Below are positions 32,028 through 40,010 of a DNA stretch of 64,000 nucleotides, piece after piece; positions within the stretch are counted from its first letter, which is position 1, and each line of letters begins with the position of its first letter. This stretch comes from a virus. Taxonomy: Duplodnaviria; Caudoviricetes. The DNA lies in IMG/VR virus record IMGVR_UViG_3300032123_000052, positions 128,001 to 192,000 of that record, one strand, 5' to 3'. Below the pieces are notes generated by a model. That model ran no database searches. It was not told where the DNA came from and saw only the letters and a list, made by a program, of their open reading frames with translations. The translations under genes and the position numbers were made by a program.

Positions 32028-32870
32028 TTATTTGCAGACGATTTCGAAGAACATCGCATCAATGTGTTTATAATCATCATCAGTTAATTCTTTAACGTCT
32101 AATGCATCTGCGTAATTTCCATACACATCAAATTGTTTTTCGCAAAACGTGTCAAGAGTTTTAATTCGTGGGCCGCGGCCAAGCTCATCACCACTCTTTT
32201 TCTGTGAAATTAGATCCTTAACGATATTCTCTATATCGGTAAATTCATCAGATTGAACCGTTCCAATATATTTGATTATCTTATCAAATTTCATTGGGGG
32301 GATGTCGCCACCATGCCTCATCATCCATTCACACGCATAAATAGGCCTGAGTACGTACAGGTATTTTTTAACTATTACATCACCTTCGACGTTTTTAATG
32401 TACTGAGTAAAATTCTTCCTGGCCATATACTCGTAATGATGAATACCAGATTTGGTTTTAAAAAACTTTTCAGCCAATTGTTGTATAGTATAAACGATGA
32501 ATGGTTTTTTTATATATACTATAGGAGAATGTAGCCACTCAGCTACTGCTGGGTTTCCTTTTGATATTAACCTGAGTGCTTTGCTGATATCAAAACCAAC
32601 AAAATCTAACTCCTCATCCTCGAGAGATCGTATGTACTTACTTGTACCAATGTTACCTTTGTTACGGTCGATAACGTCACGCACTGGATTTATTGAGAAG
32701 TACTTGCTAATCGGCCGGGTGTAAACAAACCGGATATCATAGTCACTATCATCAGATTCAAAACCCCAAGCCCTGCTACCTGACTCACAAGCGTAGATGA
32801 TTTTTATATTCTCCATTATTTCGATATTTTTCAATATCTCGATAATTCTATTTATTTTTGTAAATTCCAC
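32028..32870 (-). CDS. Predicted nucleotidyltransferase (YcgL/COG3541-like)
   Basis: CESGSRAWGFESDDSDYDIRFVY motif. Confidence 0.85.
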   Translation of the reverse strand: MEFTKINRIIEILKNIEIMENIKIIYACESGSRAWGFESDDSDYDIRFVYTRPISKYFSINPVRDVIDRNKGNIGTSKYIRSLEDEELDFVGFDISKALRLISKGNPAVAEWLHSPIVYIKKPFIVYTIQQLAEKFFKTKSGIHHYEYMARKNFTQYIKNVEGDVIVKKYLYVLRPIYACEWMMRHGGDIPPMKFDKIIKYIGTVQSDEFTDIENIVKDLISQKKSGDELGRGPRIKTLDTFCEKQFDVYGNYADALDVKELTDDDYKHIDAMFFEIVCK

Positions 32871-32966
32871 AAAACCCCCTTTATAGCGCTTGGTTAAAGA
32901 GATTGAATTATTATACGATTTTTATTATCATAAAATCTATTAACACATATTTTTCTGCTATCCTTC

Positions 32967-33497
32967 TTATTTATTTACAGGGTCCCTAAAGGATTGGCTA
33001 TCTTTTTCTTTAGGGTCTGTACAGATCTCAAGCATGTTGGGAGACTCAAAAACGTCATACCCTATATGGCTTTTACAGGGTATGAAGTCCAATATGCCAT
33101 ATACATGCTGTTTGAACATCTCATCTTTTATTACAAATAGCTTTTTGAGTTTCAGTTTACTTTTATATCTTTGCGCCACCTTCTCCGTTTCTTGCGATTC
33201 ATTATTGTTATAAAATGAAGACGTTTCCACTTTTTGTATTATACAATCCTTATTGACTATTATTTTTAAAGGAGAATCGGATGTGTGGCTAAGGCCGCCA
33301 CCCCAATCTCCATATCCGCTATACACCCTGCCTATCCCGATTTCTATAAAACAATTGTCATATAGATAATCATCAGAAATAAATCCGAATCCAACACCAT
33401 TTCGGATATACGACTTTCTACCAAACGCCTTAAACAGACTAATATCAGAAACAGTATCTAAAATCTTGTTTCGAAATAAAGCAAATGGCCATTTCAT
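32967..33497 (-). CDS. Hypothetical protein
   Basis: Start re-placed at MKWPF behind AAGGAG; the longer track ORF reads through a terminator hairpin. Confidence 0.6.
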   Translation of the reverse strand: MKWPFALFRNKILDTVSDISLFKAFGRKSYIRNGVGFGFISDDYLYDNCFIEIGIGRVYSGYGDWGGGLSHTSDSPLKIIVNKDCIIQKVETSSFYNNNESQETEKVAQRYKSKLKLKKLFVIKDEMFKQHVYGILDFIPCKSHIGYDVFESPNMLEICTDPKEKDSQSFRDPVNK

Positions 33498-33792
33498 TAT
33501 TTTCTCCTTATGAATAAAAAAGGTGAGCAAGTGTTCCAAGCGAATGGTAAACACCTCATTAATTAAAAATTGCGAATGTGTTTTCTTTTTCATTCTTCTT
33601 TTTATTTTTCAACTCTTCCCAATGCTTTCTACTCTTACTGCAGGTTTTGTATAGTATACAATCTGTCCCGAAAAAAGATATTTTATTAGGGCCTGCCCGC
33701 CAAGCCATACCGCAACGCAACTTAGAGAAATCAACATCACAAGTATCCTCATGATAGCATTTAGGCTTTTCCAAATTATCCTCCTTATTAAT

Positions 33793-33825
33793 AAAAAAAG
33801 GTGAGCAGACGTTTCAGGCGCTCAC
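33793..33825 (-). terminator. Intrinsic terminator
   Basis: GTGAGC...GCTCAC followed by C-T7 on the minus strand. Confidence 0.7.
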
Positions 33826-33899
33826 TAGAAAAACGGTGGTTTGAAATCTTCGTACCAACATTATCCTAATTTATAATATATAATGCCTATATAACAACG

Positions 33900-34520
33900 G
33901 ATGTATTCAAACTCATCAGACCGCCATTACCTCGGAAATCACAGCTAATCCTCGACTTTGCTTTCGCCTTCAGCACTTATCAGCCCCCTGTGTGGGTACT
34001 CCGTGCCAGCGTTGCTATATAGGTGTTTGTGTCGGCTTTGCGGAGTCGAACCGCTTCCACCAGTCCCTCAATAATTAAACTGGTGTGTTTTTGACATCTG
34101 AACCGCCTGATGAGTGCCGAAGTGATGGGCCGGGAGGGGTTGGCCTAGTCCCGTATCAGCAGTCGCTTATAGCCAACGTTGGGCCCCTCTTGTAATCACT
34201 CTTCGGTTTAGTCGGACTTTTACCGAACCTGACTGGCAGGAGTTGTATTTTTAGAGGCCTCGGCAAGGGCAGGAGCTTATCCCCACTCACTTTTATATAG
34301 CGACCTCGGCCGACCCAGCGCTTTGTTGATAATAAATTGATACGTGTGCTTCTACGCCAAAAAATCCACCTACACGTCCACATTAATACCTACTGGATAC
34401 TACGTGATAAATATTTGATTCCCAGTACCCCTATATAAAAATAGGATTCACGATTCTATGTGGAGGCGATTTACTCATTAAAGATGGCTGCCTCTAAGCC
34501 TACTACGTATCAATCAACCT
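33900..34520 (-). ncRNA. Candidate large structured ncRNA (~600 nt) with 23S-rRNA-like motifs
   Basis: GC-richer, no credible ORF, many helices including a 9-bp long-range pair (33911-33919 with 34107-34115), a T-arm motif, and GGCTTAGAGGCAGCCATC. Confidence 0.65.
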
Positions 34521-34538
34521 TTATATATCGACATTTAG

Positions 34539-35024
34539 TTAAAGTTTAGCCGAATTAACCGCAGTTTCTATAATATCTATTTTTGTTTTAAGATCGTTTA
34601 TCAGAATGGCACTTTGTTCGACATTTACTATAATTTTGTTTTTATTAACAAACATTTCGCAAGCTTTTGGATTTATAAATCCTATACTAACATCACCATC
34701 ATTAAATCCTAATATTACACCAAGTTGAAGTGTTAAAGATTCCTTGCCCCAGTTTGGTTTTATGATTTCATTTATCTTTTTTTCAATTTGACGATTTGCG
34801 CATCTAATATTAATAAATGAACTATCGGCAGATGTTAGAAGCATCCACCCAGAACCATGAAGCACACCGCTGTCAAAAAGGACATTTATTTTTTCTTGTA
34901 ATGTTCTTGCGGATAGTGTATTGATATCATTTTGAAGCACATCAATAGCACCTCGATGATAATTTATTTTATCTTGTAATTGGTTAATTTTATCTTCCAT
35001 TAAATCCTCCATGCAAAAAGACAT
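34539..35024 (-). CDS. Hypothetical protein
   Basis: ORF track; likely start MEDKI after GGAGG. Confidence 0.65.
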   Translation of the reverse strand: MSFCMEDLMEDKINQLQDKINYHRGAIDVLQNDINTLSARTLQEKINVLFDSGVLHGSGWMLLTSADSSFINIRCANRQIEKKINEIIKPNWGKESLTLQLGVILGFNDGDVSIGFINPKACEMFVNKNKIIVNVEQSAILINDLKTKIDIIETAVNSAKL

Positions 35025-35117
35025 AGGCCGGATTGGCTACCGGCCCACGCATTACTTTTTCTTTGCTTTAAATAGTTAAAAAAAGATGTTCGGGAGAATC
35101 ATTTTTTTTATAATACA

Positions 35118-35363
35118 TCATAAGGGACAGCATGCTAAGCGAACTCTGGCAGTTACACGCATCCGGTCGTCGTGACGCGCCCTGACGAGATTAGTCATGG
35201 CTTTTATACTTTTATCTACAACAGCAACACTTGCCATTGTATTGCACATATTTGCCTTGCCAGTTCTGTGGTCTTTTAAGATACTACCAACCTCATCAAC
35301 AGTGTCAAGACATTTTTTCTGCGCCTCAAGACTGATAGCATTTCCGTTTCTTGACACAACCAA
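35118..35363 (-). CDS. Hypothetical protein
   Basis: ORF track; AAGGAGG RBS. Confidence 0.55.
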   Translation of the reverse strand: MVVSRNGNAISLEAQKKCLDTVDEVGSILKDHRTGKANMCNTMASVAVVDKSIKAMTNLVRARHDDRMRVTARVRLACCPL

Positions 35364-35565
35364 CCTCCTTTTTTAATTGTTTAAATGATACTTTTCCAGT
35401 ACGAAATACACGTCGTAATTTTGCATCTTCTCCAAATCTTGGAAAATACCTTCTCCTTGACCCGTGTTCGTTCCTTCTACACCGCTCATTGTGATACTCT
35501 TGCTTCGGTGTTTCAGGAACGAACAATATTCCGCAATGTGGACAGATTTTACTTTGTAAAGGCAT
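35326..35565 (-). CDS. Small Zn-finger-like protein downstream of the CRISPR locus
   Basis: CPHCG..F.P....Q.YH...C pattern; AGGAG RBS. Confidence 0.65.
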   Translation of the reverse strand: MPLQSKICPHCGILFVPETPKQEYHNERCRRNEHGSRRRYFPRFGEDAKLRRVFRTGKVSFKQLKKEVGCVKKRKCYQS

Positions 35566-35583
35566 TTTTATCTCCTATAAATT

Positions 35584-35665
35584 AAAAATGCGCGTGAGGG
35601 TGCTCCGTCGGAGCATTATGTCGCATCGTGGCGACACATACGTTAAATGGTAAACGCTAAACAAC
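35584..35665 (-). ncRNA. tracrRNA-like RNA, copy A (downstream of the array)
   Basis: Three hairpins; CCAUUU in a loop and CCCUCACGCGC are complementary to adjacent parts of the repeat; ends in a U-run. Confidence 0.75.
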
Positions 35666-35699
35666 ATTTGGAACTATTTTTAATTTATTTAGGAAAAAA

Positions 35700-36399
35700 A
35701 ATAAGCCTTTTGCGTGCGCGGAAGAAACAATCGTTCTAAAATAATAAACGGATTATACCACCCATTTCCCTCGCGTGCGCGAAAGAAACGAGATAAAAAA
35801 CAGCCTGGTGATGTTTGCCTCCCCATTTCCCTCGCGCGCGAGAAAGAAACTGATACCGTAGTGCTATAAGGCATAACGCCTCCCCATTTCCCTCGCGCGC
35901 GCGGAAGAAACCCATGGCCAGTGAGAGTTTGACATTTTTCCTTCCCATTTCCCTCGCGCGCGCGGAAGAAACTAGAGAGAGAATTGTTAGATAACTGATA
36001 AGAACCCATTTCCCTCGCGCGCGCGGAAGAAACAGATCGTCAATGGCAATAGGGTTACCTTCACCCCCATTTCCCTCGCGCGCGCGGAAGAAACCGTCAC
36101 CAAATATTTTGCATAGTCTTTCGAAACCCATTTCCCTCGCGCGCGCGGAAGAAACGCCAGCAGGTGCCCACGACCTTGGATCCCCAGCCCATTTCCCTCG
36201 CGCGCGCGGAAGAAACTTTTCAATTTTCTCCTTATTCATTGTCAACCCCCCATTTCCCTCGCGCGCGCGGAAGAAACCGAAAAAATTAGGAGCCTCGCTG
36301 ACCTCCTCACCCATTTCCCTCGCGCGCGCGGAAGAAACAGTGGAAGCGAATTTGCGGGCAATTGGTGCTGCCCATTTCCCTCGCGCGTGCGGAAGAAAC
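35700..36399 (-). CRISPR. CRISPR array: 11 clear repeats plus 1 degenerate repeat (29 bp) and 11 spacers of 32 bp
   Basis: Plus-strand repeats CCCATTTCCCTCGCGCGCGCGGAAGAAAC start at 35761, 35822, 35883, 35944, 36005, 36066, 36127, 36188, 36249, 36310 and 36371, with a decayed copy at 35700; exact 61-bp period. Left-end decay and G-U pairs in the hairpin indicate minus-strand transcription. Confidence 0.97.
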
Positions 36400-36502
36400 T
36401 GCTGGCAATTGGCCCGTCGTCACTAAACAAACAAAATACGATCTGCATTCTTAACTATAGAATTTGTATATAAAGCCTGAAATTGCATAAATTATTATTT
36501 TT

Positions 36503-36584
36503 AAAAAAGGCGCACGAGGGGGAACCGTCGGTTCCTTATGCTGCATCGTGGCAGCACATACGTTAAATGGTAAACGCTAACAAC
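36503..36584 (-). ncRNA. tracrRNA-like RNA, copy B (between effector gene and array leader)
   Basis: 920 bp from copy A; 59/71 identical with 5 compensatory pair swaps; anti-repeat CCCUCGUGCGC pairs with the repeat over 11 bp (one G-U). Confidence 0.8.
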
Positions 36585-36596
36585 TTGTTTAATAAT

Positions 36597-37925
36597 TTAT
36601 ACAACTTCAGTTTCAATCTGGACAGCAACTTTCTTATCGTCCGGTGTGGCAAAGACAGCGTCGCCTGACGTTTCTTTTTCTGGAGCTTTGGCAAGAATGG
36701 TTGTTAATTGTCCTTTTAGCTCATCTTCAACCTTATATCTCAATATGGATTCAAACTGAGATAGCTGCCATTCCATACCGCATAATAATTTTGAAGGTAG
36801 ATTGAGAATAATTATATGGCCACAGCCCCATGACTGCGCGTTGGAAATAATTCTTCTGGTCCAAAGATGGTTCTTCTCCTTTTTGCCGTTAAGCTTTCTA
36901 TTAGTAATATTTTCACTACGACCATTAATTACCTTTAGAATTTTACGGGAACCCCAATTATTAAATTTACTTCCGACAGATGCTCTTTGGTCTTTGAATT
37001 TGCTGGTAAGAATAGCCAACTCCTTGTTCCAAGCACGAGCCTCAGTAACATCTATCTTATCTGAATAATGAAACTTCTCATCACAATACATCGTAATGGC
37101 ACACTCAGGATCATCAGTAAATTCAACATACATAACCCTGTTTTTAAAGTCTTCAACAACCTTTTCCGGCATTTTGTAAGTTACTGTAAGGGTTAAATAT
37201 CTGTGCTTCTGGCCATCAGACCCATTCTTATAATTAGACCCAAGATACATTGTACCAGGTCTCCACACGTCGTCACGGAGATTTTTAAACTTCCAGAACA
37301 TGTTGTTTGGAAGACTACTCTTAACATGAAACTCTACAGGGCCAATTGAATGGTCCCATTTAACAATAATACTTTTTTCCATAAATTTCGGCTTTGCCGT
37401 CAATCGCGGCATGCCAATGCCTATTTTTCGAAACCTGGCAAAAGCACGAGATCCTTGAAGGGTAAGCCAACCGCGCGTGATTGTTTTTTTTTTAGTTGAA
37501 AATTCCGGATCTGGGTGTTTCCATGTTCCAACCACCTCATCCTTACATGAGGTCCACACGTATGACAGGACTGTAGGCATTTCCTCTTTATTTGCAAAAT
37601 CCCGAAGTTCATAAGCGTCGGCCTTATATCCAACTACACCATATGCGAGTTCAAGGATTTTTTTTGCAGATCCTTTAAATCCTTTTTTTGGTGTTAAAGT
37701 TAAATTGCCTTTTTTTGTTGTTATGGTCGCGCCTGTTGCCATTGCCATTGCTATAGCAGAAAACATTTTTCGTGCTGTAGCACGGTATAAATCTATTGAT
37801 GCAAAAATTCTACGTACCAACCCTGTTTTATCAGGATCATCAACAAAAACTTCAAACACTTGTGCCCTTGTGACTTTGTAATAGTCATCTTCATATCTTT
37901 TCTTTTGGCCTTCTTTCTTATTCAT
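36597..37925 (-). CDS. Compact TnpB/Cas12f-like type V effector, RuvC apparently inactivated and truncated
   Basis: Adjacent to the array. C-terminal NHLWTRRIISNAQSWGCGHIIILNLP and WQLSQFESILRYKV match the TnpB RuvC-II region. RuvC-I reads VMYVEF (not GIDxG), the RuvC-II Glu is replaced by Leu, and there is no Zn finger or RuvC-III. Confidence 0.75.
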   Translation of the reverse strand: MNKKEGQKKRYEDDYYKVTRAQVFEVFVDDPDKTGLVRRIFASIDLYRATARKMFSAIAMAMATGATITTKKGNLTLTPKKGFKGSAKKILELAYGVVGYKADAYELRDFANKEEMPTVLSYVWTSCKDEVVGTWKHPDPEFSTKKKTITRGWLTLQGSRAFARFRKIGIGMPRLTAKPKFMEKSIIVKWDHSIGPVEFHVKSSLPNNMFWKFKNLRDDVWRPGTMYLGSNYKNGSDGQKHRYLTLTVTYKMPEKVVEDFKNRVMYVEFTDDPECAITMYCDEKFHYSDKIDVTEARAWNKELAILTSKFKDQRASVGSKFNNWGSRKILKVINGRSENITNRKLNGKKEKNHLWTRRIISNAQSWGCGHIIILNLPSKLLCGMEWQLSQFESILRYKVEDELKGQLTTILAKAPEKETSGDAVFATPDDKKVAVQIETEVV

Positions 37926-37970
37926 TCATCCTCCAATATCTGTTATTAGATAAGGCTATTTGTTACTATT

Positions 37971-37998
37971 GTTATACCACACTAGGGTATGGAATAAC
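37971..37998 (-). promoter_or_regulatory. Promoter motif GTTATT-N13-TGGTATAAC upstream of the Cas12-like gene
   Basis: Exact match to the window-wide bipartite motif, 45 bp upstream of the start codon. Confidence 0.7.
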
Positions 37999-38008
37999 AG
38001 CATACAAG

Positions 38009-38515
38009 CTAAACTTCTATTATGTTAATTCCTCTTTCACAACTATCTTTTGTTTCTATAACTTTGTCAATAATTTTTTTACCAATCTCTTTGGCTTTAT
38101 TGACAAAAGGATCGTTTTTCCCATTCTTCATATCATCAACCATCTTCATAAACATCTTCATACCGCGTTCTTCAGGAGCAACATCATAAATTTCCTGGAT
38201 AACATTCTCTGCGCCTTTGGGTGGCGAAAATTCGATATAAGCATACGTGCTATCAATATCACAGTTATAATTTTTAATATAGCACGGGTGTTTTTTCATT
38301 GCTTCAAAAACATATTTATAGTCAGATCTATTCCCGCCACCATTTCTCGTAAACAAGATTATTATCAAATCATTATCTCTCTTTACGATATATATATCTC
38401 GGATTCTTCCTACTGGATACTTACCATCTACCACATTTTCCATATTAAAACTCATTATGGCAAATAGATGTTTTGCAAACGGATGCACACCAAGTATTTG
38501 GTTATATAAACTCAT
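38009..38515 (-). CDS. Conserved phage hypothetical protein
   Basis: GRIRDIY...FTRNGGGNR...DSTYA segments. Confidence 0.7.
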   Translation of the reverse strand: MSLYNQILGVHPFAKHLFAIMSFNMENVVDGKYPVGRIRDIYIVKRDNDLIIILFTRNGGGNRSDYKYVFEAMKKHPCYIKNYNCDIDSTYAYIEFSPPKGAENVIQEIYDVAPEERGMKMFMKMVDDMKNGKNDPFVNKAKEIGKKIIDKVIETKDSCERGINIIEV

Positions 38516-38534
38516 ATTTCCCTTTTCCCTTTCG

Positions 38535-38933
38535 TTAATCGATTATTTCAAAACCGTTGAAATATTTCATGTGAACTGTTATTATGTAGAATGATTCTGT
38601 AGATAGAGGCCAAAAAGTATTATACTCATATTCTATCTCAATGGGGTTTTGGCAGATATCCCACAAATCAAATGGTGCCGGATAGTCACCAAACATAAGC
38701 CTGTATGTTATACGCCAATTATCTGGATTTTCGTAATGCTCATCACACCCATTTGTATGAGTCTTGGTTATACTCGAGCGGAATATGAGAAGGTCTCCGT
38801 AAAAATTTCTTTTTTGCTTTATACTCCAACATTGTGGATACGGTAGTTTTAGCGAGTCCTGAACTAAAACCACCGTTTTCTTTTGTACAATTTTGCTCAG
38901 CTGCAATGCGACAGGCGCATCTTTAGGTTTCAT
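38535..38933 (-). CDS. Hypothetical protein
   Basis: ORF track. Confidence 0.55.
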   Translation of the reverse strand: MKPKDAPVALQLSKIVQKKTVVLVQDSLKLPYPQCWSIKQKRNFYGDLLIFRSSITKTHTNGCDEHYENPDNWRITYRLMFGDYPAPFDLWDICQNPIEIEYEYNTFWPLSTESFYIITVHMKYFNGFEIID

Positions 38934-39400
38934 AGGTTGCCTCTATTTGCTGAAATAAGGTTCACCGTAATTAGGATCGTCTTTTGGTAAGTCCCAGGCA
39001 TATGTGACTTCATAATTAGTTTCTTCTTTCTCATCATACCAATTAAGGGTAGCGTCAGTCAAATCAGCTAACTTATAGCCAATCTTTTCACCAAAATATT
39101 CTAAGGTCCCATTATTAACCGAAATCAGATCACCCGGTCCAAGAAAATATTTATCACCGATTTTGTTTGGCATTTTTACCATCCTTTTTTATAACTATTT
39201 TGAATCAGTTACCACCCAACACTCAAGCGCTGCATCTTCAATATCAGCACCATCAGTCTGAGAATTGAAATTATAATCCATACCCTCAAGAATATCAGAA
39301 ACTTCAATGCCCTCATCGGCCCGAATAATAAGGCGGGTTTCAACTGTAACATAAATTTTTCTAGCCATAATTATTTTTTCCTGTTTTAATTAATCAAATT

Positions 39401-40009
39401 TTACCAGGTGAATATTTCTAGCCCATCGTACTGTGGGCCATCCCTGTCTATTCTGATATATTGACACTTATGTGTTTTGGCGAGCTTTATTAATTTCTTA
39501 AATGTTGGTGAAAATCCTTTATAATCAGGAGACGTAAACTTTGGATCAACCCAGACGAGCCACCCGTACTCGAATATATATACAACAATTCGATACGGAT
39601 GCTCCTCATCACTACCGACACTGCTCTTGGCATAAAAATCTATACCATCACGATCCTTTTTGTTGATATGACCTGTTGACACAACAAGGCTTCTTTGTAT
39701 TTCATATTCAATCTTTGGCGGATCTGGCTTTTTCTTTGTAATTGCGTTCTTTGCCTCTTTGACACGCCTGGTAACCCTACCAGTCCCGGCGCACCAATCA
39801 CACTTTTCTTTGAAATTATCATTACATCCACAATCAACAAGGGATGCTATGCACGGTCCGATTGAATACGCTCCACCACTATTATTTTTCAGTTTCTGCT
39901 GCCACAGACTTGAGGCTGTTGACATCACATTCCCATAGCCGAACTTGTCGCAGACTTTTCTTATTTTTTCGGTACCACCTTCGGTGTATTTGGGTAATGG
40001 ATCATTCAA
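39401..40009 (-). CDS. Hypothetical protein
   Basis: ORF track. Confidence 0.65.
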   Translation of the reverse strand: MNDPLPKYTEGGTEKIRKVCDKFGYGNVMSTASSLWQQKLKNNSGGAYSIGPCIASLVDCGCNDNFKEKCDWCAGTGRVTRRVKEAKNAITKKKPDPPKIEYEIQRSLVVSTGHINKKDRDGIDFYAKSSVGSDEEHPYRIVVYIFEYGWLVWVDPKFTSPDYKGFSPTFKKLIKLAKTHKCQYIRIDRDGPQYDGLEIFTW

Positions 40010-40010
40010 T

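Noticed and set aside
33905-34125. CTGATGAG motifs suggesting a hammerhead ribozyme
   Set aside because: No GAAA core or stem II follows; the two motifs are complementary and better explained as a long-range helix.
34478-34503. Possible 23S rRNA gene fragment
   Set aside because: The match is only ~25 nt and the flanks do not follow rRNA; treated as a motif within a candidate ncRNA.
35729-36370. Self-targeting spacers
   Set aside because: By eye only 10-13 nt matches exist (GAGATAAAAA near 35565-35574; AATTTTCTCCTTA near 55803), both RBS-like and expected by chance. An exhaustive search was not possible.
36339-36420. Shared CCAATTGCC 9-mer and partial complementarity between the leader end and the first spacer
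   Set aside because: Built on a 6-bp palindrome and seen once; cannot be separated from chance.
35689-36448. ORFs in the track crossing the CRISPR array
   Set aside because: They are translations of the repeats (RARGKW / FFRAREG units), not genes.
36597-37925. CRISPR-associated transposon (Cas12k-type) interpretation
   Set aside because: No tnsB, tnsC or tniQ genes or transposon ends are visible near the locus.
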